Assembly (NCBI GenBank): GCA_965267575.1
Contig: OZ254086.1
Span: 3,168,001 to 3,232,000, forward strand
Direction of reading: 5' to 3'
Source: Calditrichales bacterium
GTDB taxonomy: Bacteria > Calditrichota > Calditrichia > Calditrichales > J004
DNA length: 64,000 bases
Part shown: one piece after another, positions 1-10,473 of the stretch
Layout of the letters: each line of letters starts with the position of its first letter
Position numbering within the stretch: the first letter of the stretch is position 1
Position numbers and translations under genes: made by a program
Notes under the pieces: model-generated
Databases searched by the model: none
The model's input: the letters and a program-made list of their open reading frames with translations, nothing else
Told to the model about the DNA's origin: nothing

Positions 1-4
1 AGAA

Positions 5-868
5 ATGCCGCAAAAAGCAGCTGATAATCTTATTGATAAACGAAACGCGATGTTGCCTGTTATGCTGCCTGTGAAATCTTACAAGCAGGAAAACAGCGAC
101 ACTTTTACACTGGTAATGGACAGCGCTGCGGCGCCGTCAGGGAGTTTCCGCTTTTTGCCGGGCCAGTTTAATATGCTTTACGTCTATGGTGTGGGCGAAG
201 TGCCCATATCCATAAGTGGCGATCCCGCCGACAGTAAGTTGTTAACGCATACCACACGCGCCGTTGGTACGGTTACCCGCGCCCTGTGGCAACTGCGTCC
301 CGGCGACCAGCTGGCGGTACGCGGTCCTTATGGAACACCCTGGCCGGTGGAAGCGGCCTTGGGTAAAGACGTGATCTTTATTGCCGGCGGCATCGGGCTG
401 GCACCGCTGCGTCCGGCGATTTACCAGGTTCTGAAAAACCGCAACAAGTTCGGACGCATGCTACTGCTATATGGCGCACGTACACCGGATGACCTGCTTT
501 ATAAAAAAGAACTGCAGCAGTGGGGCGCGCGCTTTGACTTTGATGTGTTCGTGACGGTGGACCACGCCATCGGCGCCTGGAAAGGCAATGTAGGCGTTGT
601 GACCAACCTGATCACGAGGGCGCCGTTTGACCGCCGCAACGCCGTGGCGATGATCTGCGGGCCGGAAGTGATGATGCGTTTCTGCGTGAGTGAACTACAA
701 AACAGAGGTCTTTCCAATGAGGAGATCTATGTCTCCATGGAGAGAAATATGAAATGTGCTGTGGGCTTTTGCGGCCACTGCCAGTACGGTTCCCATTTTA
801 TCTGCAAGGACGGGCCCGTTTTTCCCTACAGCGAAATCGAAAAACTGTTTAACATTTACGAGATCTGA
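5..868 (+). CDS. Group 3b-type [NiFe]-hydrogenase gamma subunit (FAD/NAD(P)-binding, 2Fe-2S)
   Basis: [31 protein letters not shown] and [15 protein letters not shown] motifs; directly upstream of the small and large subunits. Confidence 0.9.
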   Translation: MPQKAADNLIDKRNAMLPVMLPVKSYKQENSDTFTLVMDSAAAPSGSFRFLPGQFNMLYVYGVGEVPISISGDPADSKLLTHTTRAVGTVTRALWQLRPGDQLAVRGPYGTPWPVEAALGKDVIFIAGGIGLAPLRPAIYQVLKNRNKFGRMLLLYGARTPDDLLYKKELQQWGARFDFDVFVTVDHAIGAWKGNVGVVTNLITRAPFDRRNAVAMICGPEVMMRFCVSELQNRGLSNEEIYVSMERNMKCAVGFCGHCQYGSHFICKDGPVFPYSEIEKLFNIYEI

Positions 869-870
869 TT

Positions 871-1650
871 ATGAAGTCTAAAAAACCGAAGCTGGCCGTA
901 TGGAAATTCGCATCGTGCGACGGTTGTCAGCTTAGCATTCTGGATTGTGAAGATGAGTTGCTCAGCGTGATCGAGCATATCAATATTTCCAACTTCCCCG
1001 AAGCATCACGCAATATTGAAAAGGGGCCGTATGATCTTTCACTGGTTGAAGGGTCGATAACCACGCCGCATGATGCCGAGCGCATTCACAGCATCCGGCG
1101 GCAGTCAAAATACCTGATCACTATCGGGGCCTGCGCCACGGCCGGCGGCATACAGGCATTGCGCAATTTTAAGGATGTGAATGAGTTTATCCCGATGGTG
1201 TACGCCCATCCTGAATATATTGAATCGCTAAAAAAATCGTCGCCCATTTCGGAGCACATTTTTGTGGATTACGAATTGCGCGGCTGCCCGATCAACAAGT
1301 ACCAGCTTCTGGAAGTGATAAATGCTTTCCTGAATGGCCGCAAACCCAACATCCCGCCGCACAGCGTTTGCATGGAGTGTAAATACCGCGGCACGCCCTG
1401 TGTAATGGTCGCCAACGGTACACCGTGCCTGGGACCCGTTACACATGCCGGTTGTGACGCGCTGTGTCCGTCTTACAATCGCGGATGCTTTGGCTGCTTT
1501 GGCCCCAAGGAAACGCCCAACACGGCAGCCCTTTCGGCCCTGATGAAAAATATGGGTTTGGATGATGACGCGATTATTAGATATTTCAGAGGATTTAATG
1601 CGTATGCGGAGCCATTCCGCAAGGAGAGTGAGGCCCATGAAGACCGTTAA
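871..1650 (+). CDS. [NiFe]-hydrogenase small (delta) subunit
   Basis: [25 protein letters not shown] and a Cys-rich C-terminus; no Tat signal, so cytoplasmic. Confidence 0.92.
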   Translation: MKSKKPKLAVWKFASCDGCQLSILDCEDELLSVIEHINISNFPEASRNIEKGPYDLSLVEGSITTPHDAERIHSIRRQSKYLITIGACATAGGIQALRNFKDVNEFIPMVYAHPEYIESLKKSSPISEHIFVDYELRGCPINKYQLLEVINAFLNGRKPNIPPHSVCMECKYRGTPCVMVANGTPCLGPVTHAGCDALCPSYNRGCFGCFGPKETPNTAALSALMKNMGLDDDAIIRYFRGFNAYAEPFRKESEAHEDR

Positions 1651-2947
1651 TGGATTAAAAAGTAAAACCCTCAAAGTGGATTACCTGGCCCGCGTGGAAG
1701 GCGAGGGTGCGCTCTATGTTAAAGTGCGTCGCGGCGAGGTAATGGACGCCAAACTGAAAATTTTTGAGCCTCCGCGCTTTTTTGAGGCCTTTTTACGGGG
1801 CCGTTATTTTACAGAACCGCCGGATATTACGGCGCGCATCTGCGGTATTTGCCCGGTGGCTTACCAAATGAGCTCTGTGCACGCCATGGAGTATGTTTGC
1901 GATGTAAAGGTGGATGGCGCCCTGCGTGAACTGCGCCGCCTGCTGTACTGCGGCGAGTGGATCGAGAGCCATGTGCTGCACATGTTTATGCTGCACGCCC
2001 CGGATTTTCTGGGCTACCAGGACGTGATTGAGATGGCCAGGGACCATGGCGAGCTGGTTAAAAATGTATTGCGGCTAAAAAAGATCGGCAATGACATCGT
2101 CAATGTATTGGGCGGGCGTGAGATCCACCCGATTAATGTGCGGGTAGGCGGCTTTTACCGGATTCCGCCAAAGGAAGCGTATGGCCATCTGCTGGATGAA
2201 TTGAAATGGGGCCGCGATTTTGCCGTGGAAGCCACAAAACTGGTCGGAACGTTTGATTTCCCCGAATTCGAGCGCGACTATGAGTTTGTCGCTTTGCGCC
2301 ATGAAAACGAATATCCCTTTAACGAGGGACGGCTGGTTTCCAACCGCGGGCTGGACATAGCCGTTTCCGAGTATGAGCAGGTTTTTGCCGAGGAGCATGT
2401 GGAGCATTCCAATGCATTGCATTCTCACAAAATAGAAGATGGCGGCGCATACTTTGTCGGGCCGCTGGCGCGCTTTAACCTGAATTACGACAAGCTTACG
2501 CCGCTGGCCCGCAAGACGGCGCAAAAAATCGGTTTTAAGCCGGAATGCCGCAACCCGTTCAAGAGCATTATCGCGCGCGGCATTGAAACGATCTACGCTT
2601 TTGATGAAGCTATTCGTATTCTCGAAAAATATCCCGTTCCGGAAAAACCCTATATCGAGATTGCTCCCCGTGCGGGAACGGGCTACGGCTGCACGGAAGC
2701 GCCACGGGGTATTTTGTACCACCGCTACCGCATAGACGGACGCGGCCACATTATGGATGCCAAGATTGTTCCGCCGACCTCGCAAAACCAAAAGACAATC
2801 GACCAGGACCTGACCGATTTTGTGGCCAAATACATGGACCTGGATGACAAGGAACTGACCTGGAAATGCGAGCAGGCTATTCGTAACTACGATCCCTGTA
2901 TCAGTTGTGCCACGCATTTTCTGAAGCTGGAGATCGACCGGGAGTAA
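1637..2947 (+). CDS. [NiFe]-hydrogenase large (alpha) subunit, group 3b-like
   Basis: ARVEGEG, L1 [11 protein letters not shown]2 DPCISCATH followed by a short cleavable tail; start moved to ATG 1637 after an AAGGAG RBS. Confidence 0.95.
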   Translation: MKTVNGLKSKTLKVDYLARVEGEGALYVKVRRGEVMDAKLKIFEPPRFFEAFLRGRYFTEPPDITARICGICPVAYQMSSVHAMEYVCDVKVDGALRELRRLLYCGEWIESHVLHMFMLHAPDFLGYQDVIEMARDHGELVKNVLRLKKIGNDIVNVLGGREIHPINVRVGGFYRIPPKEAYGHLLDELKWGRDFAVEATKLVGTFDFPEFERDYEFVALRHENEYPFNEGRLVSNRGLDIAVSEYEQVFAEEHVEHSNALHSHKIEDGGAYFVGPLARFNLNYDKLTPLARKTAQKIGFKPECRNPFKSIIARGIETIYAFDEAIRILEKYPVPEKPYIEIAPRAGTGYGCTEAPRGILYHRYRIDGRGHIMDAKIVPPTSQNQKTIDQDLTDFVAKYMDLDDKELTWKCEQAIRNYDPCISCATHFLKLEIDRE

Positions 2948-2951
2948 GGTT

Positions 2952-3431
2952 ATGTCTGATGTTTTAATCATTGGAGTAGGCAACCCGCTGCGCCGCGACG
3001 ACGCATTGGGGCCGCTGGCCCTGAAAGAACTGCGCGGACGACTGGGCGAAGAGTTTGATTATATCCAGTGTTACGGCGAAGGCGCCGAGTTGATGGATGC
3101 ATGGGCCGGTTACGATCATGTCATCATCATCGATGCGGTGCAGTCGGGCGCGAAACCCGGCAAGGTTTATGTTTTAAACGCAGCCCGGGAGAAGATCCCC
3201 GCTTCCTTTTTCAACTACTCATCACATGCCTTCGGCCTGGCCGAGGCCGTTGAACTGGGGCGCAGCCTTGGACTTATGCCGCGCGAGATGATCATTTTTG
3301 GTGTGGAAGGCAGCGAATTCGGCTACGGCGATGGTCTGTCACGCAATGTTTCAAAGGCTTTACCGGCGCTGCTGGATATCATCGGGGACCGTGCTTGCCG
3401 GATGAAGCACAATGGAGTGCACCATGCATGA
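2952..3431 (+). CDS. Hydrogenase maturation endopeptidase
   Basis: IGVGNPLRRDDALG, IIIDAV, SSHAFGL; follows the large subunit. Confidence 0.92.
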   Translation: MSDVLIIGVGNPLRRDDALGPLALKELRGRLGEEFDYIQCYGEGAELMDAWAGYDHVIIIDAVQSGAKPGKVYVLNAAREKIPASFFNYSSHAFGLAEAVELGRSLGLMPREMIIFGVEGSEFGYGDGLSRNVSKALPALLDIIGDRACRMKHNGVHHA

Positions 3432-3789
3432 AGTATCGATCGCTCAATCGATTTTAAAAACAGTGATCCGTGAACATGATGAAAACATGCTAAAAAAGGT
3501 GACGGCAATCGGCGTGCGTATAGGGACGCTGAGCGGCATCATGCCGGACGCGCTGGAGTTCGGGTTCGATTCGCTGAAGAAAGATACGGTCCTGAAAAAC
3601 GCGCGACTGGCCATTGAGATTGTGGATGTGGGTGCCGTGTGCCAAAACTGCGGCCACAAATTCGGCATTGACAATCTTTTTTTTAAATGTCCCGCCTGCG
3701 GCAGCAGCGATATAGAAGTGGAGCGCGGCATGGAGCTGGATATGGCCTATCTGGAGCTGGAAACCGTGGAAGAGGAGTCGGAAATATGA
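3424..3789 (+). CDS. hypA: Nickel metallochaperone HypA
   Basis: MHEVSIA N-terminus and two CxxC motifs. Confidence 0.95.
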   Translation: MHEVSIAQSILKTVIREHDENMLKKVTAIGVRIGTLSGIMPDALEFGFDSLKKDTVLKNARLAIEIVDVGAVCQNCGHKFGIDNLFFKCPACGSSDIEVERGMELDMAYLELETVEEESEI

Positions 3790-4436
3790 TTACGCAGGAA
3801 TCGATTCTGCTGATGGCAACGGCAGCTTCTGTCGGTTTTGTCCATACTATTATGGGGCCGGACCACTATTTACCGTTTATCGCTTTGGCCAAATCGCGCC
3901 AATGGCGTTTCCTGAAAACGATGCGCATAACGGCCGTATGTGGTTTGGGTCATGTTTTTGGCTCGATTGTTATTGGGGTTGTGGGAATGCTGTTCGCCGT
4001 GGCCCTGCTTGATCTGCAGGCGCTGGAATCGTTGCGCGGTGATATCGCCGCCTGGATGCTGATCATCTTCGGCTTTACCTATTTTGCCTGGGGATTGCAT
4101 AAAAGCATGCGCCGGCGTTTTCAGAACCAATCAGGCCAAAACGAACTGCCGGTTGAAAAAACAACGGCCTTCAGTCTGTTCATCATTTTTGTGCTGGGCC
4201 CCTGCGAAGCGTTGATACCGCTGATGATGTACCCGGCGGCGAAGCAACAGATGCTGACAGCGGGATTGGTTACATTGACCTTTAGCCTGGCGACCGTTTT
4301 TACGATGCTGGCCACTGTGGCCGCGGGCGCCTGGGGTTTTCAGAAAATACGTTCGCGTACGTTTGAGATGTACGCACACCCCATTTCGGGGTTTATCATT
4401 TTTTCTTGCGGGATAGCGGTAAAGTTTGGCCTTTAG
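3786..4436 (+). CDS. UreH/NiCoT-like nickel transporter
   Basis: GFVHTIMGPDH (HxxxxDH), GLGH and LGPCEAL motifs, several TM helices, between hypA and hypB; ATGA overlap with hypA. Confidence 0.7.
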   Translation: MITQESILLMATAASVGFVHTIMGPDHYLPFIALAKSRQWRFLKTMRITAVCGLGHVFGSIVIGVVGMLFAVALLDLQALESLRGDIAAWMLIIFGFTYFAWGLHKSMRRRFQNQSGQNELPVEKTTAFSLFIIFVLGPCEALIPLMMYPAAKQQMLTAGLVTLTFSLATVFTMLATVAAGAWGFQKIRSRTFEMYAHPISGFIIFSCGIAVKFGL

Positions 4437-4455
4437 GCCTGAAAGGAGTCATCTG

Positions 4456-5133
4456 ATGTGTGAAAATAAAAAACGTGTTGAAATCGAAAAGAAAGTGTTA
4501 TCGGAAAACGATATCCTCGCCGGGCAGATACGCGACCAGCTAAAAACGCACGGCATAAAGGCGCTTAACTTTGTCAGTTCGCCCGGTTCCGGCAAAACCA
4601 CGCTGCTGGAAATGACGCTGCGCAAGCTGCGGCACCAAATGGAGATTGGCCTCGTGGCGGGTGACGTGCAAACCGAAAATGACGCTTTCCGCCTGGTTGA
4701 GGCCGGCGGTGAAGCGGTTCAGCCGATCGTGACGGGCGGCTCATGCCACCTGGACGCGCGCATGGTCAGCCGCGTATTGCCAAAATTTAATCTCGCCGAC
4801 CTTGACCTGCTGATCTTTGAAAATGTTGGCAACCTGGTGTGTCCTTCCGGCTTTGATCTCGGCGAGGACATGAAAGTTGTGTTGCTGAGTACAACGGAAG
4901 GTGACGACAAACCCTTGAAATACCCGGCCATGTTCCGCCGCGCGGGGGTGATGGTCATTACCAAAATCGATCTGCTGGATTATACCGACTTCAGTCTGCA
5001 ACGTGTACGCGAAAACGCCCTCCGCATCAATCCTGCTTTGAAAATATTCGAACTCTCCTGCCGCAGCGGTGACGGCCTGGAAGACTGGTATGGCTGGATA
5101 AAATCGTTGGCCAAAGAACAGGCCTTGGTTTGA
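4456..5133 (+). CDS. hypB: Nickel incorporation GTPase HypB
   Basis: SSPGSGKTT, GGSCHLDA, ENVGNLVCP, EGDDKPLKYP, TKID. Confidence 0.96.
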   Translation: MCENKKRVEIEKKVLSENDILAGQIRDQLKTHGIKALNFVSSPGSGKTTLLEMTLRKLRHQMEIGLVAGDVQTENDAFRLVEAGGEAVQPIVTGGSCHLDARMVSRVLPKFNLADLDLLIFENVGNLVCPSGFDLGEDMKVVLLSTTEGDDKPLKYPAMFRRAGVMVITKIDLLDYTDFSLQRVRENALRINPALKIFELSCRSGDGLEDWYGWIKSLAKEQALV

Positions 5134-5146
5134 AAGGAAAATCCCC

Positions 5147-7411
5147 GTGCGCCAGAGAATTTATATTAACGGTATCGTGCAGGGCGTCGGCTTCAGGCCC
5201 TTTGTTTACCGGCTGGCGCGAAGCCTTGGCTTGCTTGGCTTTGTGCGTAACAGTGCCGCCGGCGTCGTAATAGAGGCCCAGGGCGAGACCGCAAAACTAA
5301 GGGATTTTATTCGCAGGCTTAGCAGCGAGGCGCCGGCTCTGGCGCAGATTGAATCGCTGGAAGCAGAGGAGTGTATTGAGCACAAGGAAGAAGCGTTTAC
5401 AATCATCGTATCTGACCGTGAAGGCGATGCCATGACGCATATCTCCCCGGACAGTGCTGTTTGCAAAGACTGTCTGCGCGACCTGGAAGATCCCTCCGGG
5501 CGTTATTTTAATTATCCTTTTGTTAACTGCACCAATTGTGGCCCGCGTTTTACTATTATTAAAAGATTGCCTTATGACCGGTCGTTCACATCCATGGCCG
5601 GCTTCGATATGTGTCCGGATTGCGCGGCGGAATACAACGATCCTCAAAACAGGCGCTTTCATGCGCAGCCGGTGGCCTGCGCAAAATGCGGCCCGCGGCT
5701 GTGGCTTACCGATTCCAAAGGTAAACGCATCGAAAGTGATGATGCTGTTGCGGCGTGTACCCGCCTGCTTAAAAAAGGAAGTATCGTTGCCGTTAAAGGC
5801 ATAGGCGGCTTTCACCTGGCGGCGGATGCCCGCAACGATGCCGCCTTACGCAATCTTCGGCAACGCAAAAGAAGGGCATCGCGGCCGTTTGCGCTTATGC
5901 TGGCCGATATTGAAACCGCTAAAAAATTGTGCCGCATCAGTGCCGCGGAAAGGAAAGCGTTACAATCAGCGCAAAGACCCATCGTTCTGCTGCGCCGGCG
6001 GGACTTGTCCGGCTTTACGGCCATTTCCGGTCTCGTGGCGCCGGGCCAGAAATACCTGGGTATCATGCTGCCTTATGCGCCGCTGCACCACATGCTGATG
6101 AAGCATTTTCTTGCTTTAGTTATGACCAGCGCCAACCTGAGCGATGAGCCTATCGTGATTGATAATGATGACGCGTTGAACCGTCTTGGCGGCATTGCCG
6201 ATTATTTTCTGTTCCACGATCGCGACATACTGCAGCGCTGCGACGACTCCATTGTTGCGGAAAGCGGCGCTGAGGTGCGCATGTTGCGGCGGGCGCGTGG
6301 CTATGTACCGGCACCGTTGGCCTTGCCCGGCCGCTGCAGCCAAAGCATCCTGGCAGCGGGCGCCGAGCAAAAGTGCACCATTGCCGTAAATAAGGGGCGC
6401 AGCGTTTATCTCAGTCAACATATCGGCGACCTGGATAACCCGCAGGCGCTAGGCTTTTTCAATGAAACGATCGGCCATTTCTGTGGTATTTTTGAGGTGA
6501 AGCCCGAATTGATCGTGCACGACCTGCACCCGCATTATTTGTCGACGCAGTGGGCGCAAAAGCAGAAGGTGCCAAAAATGTCGGTGCAGCATCATCACGC
6601 GCACCTGGCGGCGGTTCTGGCGGAAAACGAGTTTGAAAGCCCGGCAGTGGGCCTGATCCTGGATGGCACCGGCTACGGCACGGATGGCACCATTTGGGGT
6701 GGCGAGGTGCTGGTGGGCAACGCGCTCAATTTCAAACGGGTGGCATGGCAGGAGCCCGTACCGCTGCCCGGCGGCGAAGCGGCCATTCACGAACCGTGGC
6801 GTATGGCGCTCTCCTGGCTGAACGATTTGCCCGGCTGTGAAGAGCTGCCTGTCTTTAAATCGCTTTCAGTCTACCGCCGCAATCTGATCCGTGAAATGAT
6901 CTCCAAAAGGATAAATAGCCCGCTTACATCAAGCTGTGGCCGGCTGTTCGACGCGGTTTCTGCCATGCTGGATATCTGTGCCGTGGCCGAATACGACGCC
7001 CAGCCGGCCATCATGCTGGAAATGGCAGCGGACGATTCTTTTGAAGAAACCTATGATATAAAGCTTAACGCCGAAGAAGGCGTTTTTGACCTGCGGCCGC
7101 TGCTTAAGCTGCTGATGGAAGACCACCTGCGTGGCCGCGACGTGGCTGAAACGTCGGCCTTGTTTCATAATACGCTGGCTTCCATGTATGCGCAGATCGC
7201 TTTAACGGTAGCGAGGCAGTGGGGGCTGGAACATGCAGCGCTCAGCGGGGGCGTGTTCCAGAACAGGTTGTTTACAAAACGGCTGCACAAGCATTTAACG
7301 GAAAATGGCCTGAAAGTGTTGACGCACAAAAAAGTACCCTGCAACGACGGCGGCATTGCCTTTGGCCAGATGGCCGTGGCCTGCGCCCGCCTGGGCTGGG
7401 AGCTGGCGTAA
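5147..7411 (+). CDS. hypF: Carbamoyltransferase HypF
   Basis: GIVQGVGFRPF acylphosphatase domain, CxxC zinc fingers, KGIGGFHL, QHHHAH, DGTGYG, NDGGIAFGQ. Confidence 0.97.
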   Translation: MRQRIYINGIVQGVGFRPFVYRLARSLGLLGFVRNSAAGVVIEAQGETAKLRDFIRRLSSEAPALAQIESLEAEECIEHKEEAFTIIVSDREGDAMTHISPDSAVCKDCLRDLEDPSGRYFNYPFVNCTNCGPRFTIIKRLPYDRSFTSMAGFDMCPDCAAEYNDPQNRRFHAQPVACAKCGPRLWLTDSKGKRIESDDAVAACTRLLKKGSIVAVKGIGGFHLAADARNDAALRNLRQRKRRASRPFALMLADIETAKKLCRISAAERKALQSAQRPIVLLRRRDLSGFTAISGLVAPGQKYLGIMLPYAPLHHMLMKHFLALVMTSANLSDEPIVIDNDDALNRLGGIADYFLFHDRDILQRCDDSIVAESGAEVRMLRRARGYVPAPLALPGRCSQSILAAGAEQKCTIAVNKGRSVYLSQHIGDLDNPQALGFFNETIGHFCGIFEVKPELIVHDLHPHYLSTQWAQKQKVPKMSVQHHHAHLAAVLAENEFESPAVGLILDGTGYGTDGTIWGGEVLVGNALNFKRVAWQEPVPLPGGEAAIHEPWRMALSWLNDLPGCEELPVFKSLSVYRRNLIREMISKRINSPLTSSCGRLFDAVSAMLDICAVAEYDAQPAIMLEMAADDSFEETYDIKLNAEEGVFDLRPLLKLLMEDHLRGRDVAETSALFHNTLASMYAQIALTVARQWGLEHAALSGGVFQNRLFTKRLHKHLTENGLKVLTHKKVPCNDGGIAFGQMAVACARLGWELA

Positions 7412-7484
7412 TAGCGGCGTTTTTTAGTGCGTGTCGGGAACTTATCAATGGCGAGAAGTGAATCCCGATTGTTGTGATTATTAA

Positions 7485-7516
7485 AAGCCCCTTCCCTAAA
7501 TTTTAGGGAAGGGCTT
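7485..7516. repeat. Near-perfect palindrome (REP-like or hairpin) in the hypF-hypC spacer
   Basis: AAGCCCCTTCCCTAAA-T-TTTAGGGAAGGGCTT followed by GGGGATGGGT; GATAAT-like hexamers follow at about 7542-7574. Confidence 0.7.
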
Positions 7517-7642
7517 GGGGATGGGTTTCCCGGGGTGATTTGATAAAGATAATGATAATGATAAAGAAAAAGATCAAATAAATTTCTTCATGCTCTCTAT
7601 GTCCTTCATTGCAAAAGTGAGCATGATGAAAAGGAGCGAAAG

Positions 7643-7906
7643 ATGTGTTTGGCGATTCCCGGTAAATTGATCGAAAAATATGAGGAAAACGGCATGCCGA
7701 TGGGGCGCATGGATTTTGGCGGCAGCAAAAACAGCGCCTGCCTGATCTGTGTGCCTGAAATGGCGCCGGGGCAGTACGCCATGATCCATGCCGGGTTTGC
7801 GCTGCATATCGTTGATGAGGAAGAAGCGCGGCGCAGTTACGAGGCCTGGAAGGAAATAGAGGCCGCCGAAAAAGAGTGGAATAAAGACGATGAAATACCT
7901 GAATGA
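7643..7906 (+). CDS. hypC: Hydrogenase assembly chaperone HypC
   Basis: MCLAIPG N-terminus and IHAGFA. Confidence 0.96.
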   Translation: MCLAIPGKLIEKYEENGMPMGRMDFGGSKNSACLICVPEMAPGQYAMIHAGFALHIVDEEEARRSYEAWKEIEAAEKEWNKDDEIPE

Positions 7907-8990
7907 ATACCGCGACCCGGGACTGGTAAAGACCATCCTTGATGAAATAAAGGCTACGGTTACGCAGCCGTGGGTGCTGATGGAGATTTGCGGCGGACAG
8001 ACCCATTCCATCATGCGCAACGGCATTGATCAGCTTTTGCCTAAGGAGATCGAACTGGTGCATGGCCCGGGCTGCCCGGTGTGCGTAACGCCGCTGGAAC
8101 AAATCGATAAAGCGCTGGCCATCGCTGCCCGTCCCGATGTTATTTTTACCTCTTTCGGCGACATGCTGCGTGTGCCCGGTTCGCGTTCGGATTTGCTTAA
8201 AGCCAAATCGCTGGGAGCGGATGTACGGATTGTCTATTCGCCATTGGACGCGCTGCGCATTGCGCGTGAGAATCGTGACAAAAAGGTGGTTTTCTTTGCC
8301 GTTGGTTTTGAAACAACGGCACCCAACAACGCCATGGCCGTCTGGCAGGCACGTCGTGAAGGGCTAAAGAATTTTTCACTGCTGGTTTCACATGTGCTGG
8401 TGCCGCCAGCGATGACGGCGCTGCTGCGATCGCCACGCAACCGCGTGCAGGGTTACCTGGCTGCCGGGCACGTATGCGCCGTGATGGGCTGGGAAGAGTA
8501 TCTGCCTGTCGCGCGGGAGTACAGGGTGCCGGTGGTGGTAACGGGATTTGAACCGGTGGATATCCTGGAAGGGGTGTTGCTGGCCGTGCGCCAACTGGAG
8601 CATGGGGAATATCGCGTGGAGAACCAGTACAGTCGCGTCGTTCGCCGTGAGGGCAATCGCAAAGCGCAGCAATTAATTAGCGAAGTGTTTGAAATAACAG
8701 ACCGTAAATGGCGCGGTATCGGCGCTATTGCCAAAAGTGGTTTGCGGCTTCGTGAAGCGTACCGTGCCCACGACGCCGAACTGGCCTTTGATTTGGCGGA
8801 ATTACAAGTGGATGAACCGCGGGAGTGCATCAGTGGCGAGGTGTTGCAGGGCCTGAAGAAGCCGCATGAGTGTCCGGCTTTTGGTACGCGTTGCACGCCG
8901 CAAACCCCGCTGGGCGCGACGATGGTTTCCACGGAAGGGGCCTGCGCCGCCTACTGGGCCTACGCCCGCGAAAGGATAGTGACCGAATGA
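7890..8990 (+). CDS. hypD: Hydrogenase formation protein HypD
   Basis: [33 protein letters not shown]. Confidence 0.97.
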   Translation: MKYLNEYRDPGLVKTILDEIKATVTQPWVLMEICGGQTHSIMRNGIDQLLPKEIELVHGPGCPVCVTPLEQIDKALAIAARPDVIFTSFGDMLRVPGSRSDLLKAKSLGADVRIVYSPLDALRIARENRDKKVVFFAVGFETTAPNNAMAVWQARREGLKNFSLLVSHVLVPPAMTALLRSPRNRVQGYLAAGHVCAVMGWEEYLPVAREYRVPVVVTGFEPVDILEGVLLAVRQLEHGEYRVENQYSRVVRREGNRKAQQLISEVFEITDRKWRGIGAIAKSGLRLREAYRAHDAELAFDLAELQVDEPRECISGEVLQGLKKPHECPAFGTRCTPQTPLGATMVSTEGACAAYWAYARERIVTE

Positions 8991-10045
8991 AAGATTTTTT
9001 TGATGCTGAGGATATGAATTGTCCGCTGCCTGCAAGCGACGGGGAGTTTATAACCCTAGCCCACGGCAGTGGCGGTCGCCTGTCGCAGCAGCTTGTTAAA
9101 GATCTGTTTGCCAATGCCTTTGCCAACGATATCCTGAATAAATTAAATGACCAGGCCGAGCTGCGTTTAAACGGCAACCGGCTGTCGTTCAGCACCGACA
9201 CCTTTGTGGTTGATCCGCTTTTCTTTCCCGGCGGTAATATTGGCGAACTGGCAATAAACGGCACCGTCAATGATATCTGCATGAACGGCGCGCGGCCGTT
9301 GTGGCTCAGTTGCGGCTTTATCCTGGAAGAGGGATTCGCCATTGCCGACCTGCGCCGGATTGTTCAAAGCATGCGTGCCGCCGCGGATGAGGCCGGTGTA
9401 AAAATCGTGACCGGCGATACCAAGGTGGTTAACAAGGGCAAAGGCGATAAGTTGTTTATTAATACCAGCGGCATCGGTGTAATAGAGCACGCTTTTGACA
9501 TCAGCCCGGCATCGGTTCAACCCGGCGACCACATTCTGATTAATGGCACGGTGGGTGACCACGGTATGGCTATTTTGTCCAAAAGGGAAGGGCTATCGTT
9601 TGAAAGCGATCTGCGCAGCGACACAGCCGCTTTGAATGGCTTGGTCGCGGAACTGCTTGCAGAAGCGGGTCCGGCGCTGCATGCCATGCGTGACGCCACA
9701 CGGGGTGGTGTGGCTGCCGTTCTTAATGAGATTTCACAAAGCCGCGGCCTGCGTATGGAGATTGAACAGGATGTTGTACCGGTGTCGCAAGCCGTGAACG
9801 GCGCCTGTGAAATGCTGGGCCTCGACCCGCTTTATGTGGCCAATGAAGGTAAGATGGTTATTTTCGTGGATGGCGCTCGCGCCGATTATGTTCTTGAAAA
9901 AATGCGCAGTCATCCGCTGGGACATTATGCTGAAAAAATCGGCGTGGTGGGGGAGAGCAGCGGACCGGTTACGATCCGTACCGCCTTCGGAACACGGCGT
10001 ATCCTGGATATGCCGCTGGCCGAGCAATTGCCGAGGATTTGTTAG
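8987..10045 (+). CDS. hypE: Carbamoyl dehydratase HypE
   Basis: [29 protein letters not shown] and C-terminal PRIC; ATGA overlap with hypD. Confidence 0.97.
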   Translation: MKDFFDAEDMNCPLPASDGEFITLAHGSGGRLSQQLVKDLFANAFANDILNKLNDQAELRLNGNRLSFSTDTFVVDPLFFPGGNIGELAINGTVNDICMNGARPLWLSCGFILEEGFAIADLRRIVQSMRAAADEAGVKIVTGDTKVVNKGKGDKLFINTSGIGVIEHAFDISPASVQPGDHILINGTVGDHGMAILSKREGLSFESDLRSDTAALNGLVAELLAEAGPALHAMRDATRGGVAAVLNEISQSRGLRMEIEQDVVPVSQAVNGACEMLGLDPLYVANEGKMVIFVDGARADYVLEKMRSHPLGHYAEKIGVVGESSGPVTIRTAFGTRRILDMPLAEQLPRIC

Positions 10046-10053
10046 GGGGTATG

Positions 10054-10473
10054 TCAGGGATTCACTTTAATCATAATATTTCCATCGCCATCATAAGAGA
10101 CATTTGTTTGATTTCTAAGAAATTGAGGTAAAAATATTAAATAATTTTTTTTGCGTAAAAGGTAAGTTTTTTGGGTGTCAGCAATGAATATTTTGAGTGT
10201 GTAATAATTATTAGTACTCCCGTCGGTTAGCACATTATTGCTTAGGAAGATAGAGCTATCTATTTTTGGAATATACGAATCTTGACTTTTAATGATTTCA
10301 ATTGGCGTAATATTTGTTCTTTCATGATAAACCACGTCTATAAAGCCTTCATTATTTTCCGCTTTTTTATTAAAAAGCAATTTAATAGCTAGAAATAATA
10401 TGAGACCTATTATAACTACGACAATTACTGTCTCAAGCAATGTATATCCTTTGCTAAAATTTTCTTTTTTCAT
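10054..10473 (-). CDS. Prepilin-type N-terminal cleavage/methylation motif protein
   Basis: MKKENFSKG|YTLLETVIVVVIIG class III signal; AT-rich; ATGA overlap with the NACHT gene. Confidence 0.65.
   Translation of the reverse strand: MKKENFSKGYTLLETVIVVVIIGLILFLAIKLLFNKKAENNEGFIDVVYHERTNITPIEIIKSQDSYIPKIDSSIFLSNNVLTDGSTNNYYTLKIFIADTQKTYLLRKKNYLIFLPQFLRNQTNVSYDGDGNIMIKVNP

Noticed and set aside
1637..2947. [NiFeSe] hydrogenase
   Set aside because: L2 motif is DPCISC with cysteines and there is no in-frame TGA
2075..2983. Long antisense ORFs (also 34407-35321, 40476-41363, 47658-48707, 54244-55122)
   Set aside because: They lie opposite well-supported genes and have no recognisable motifs
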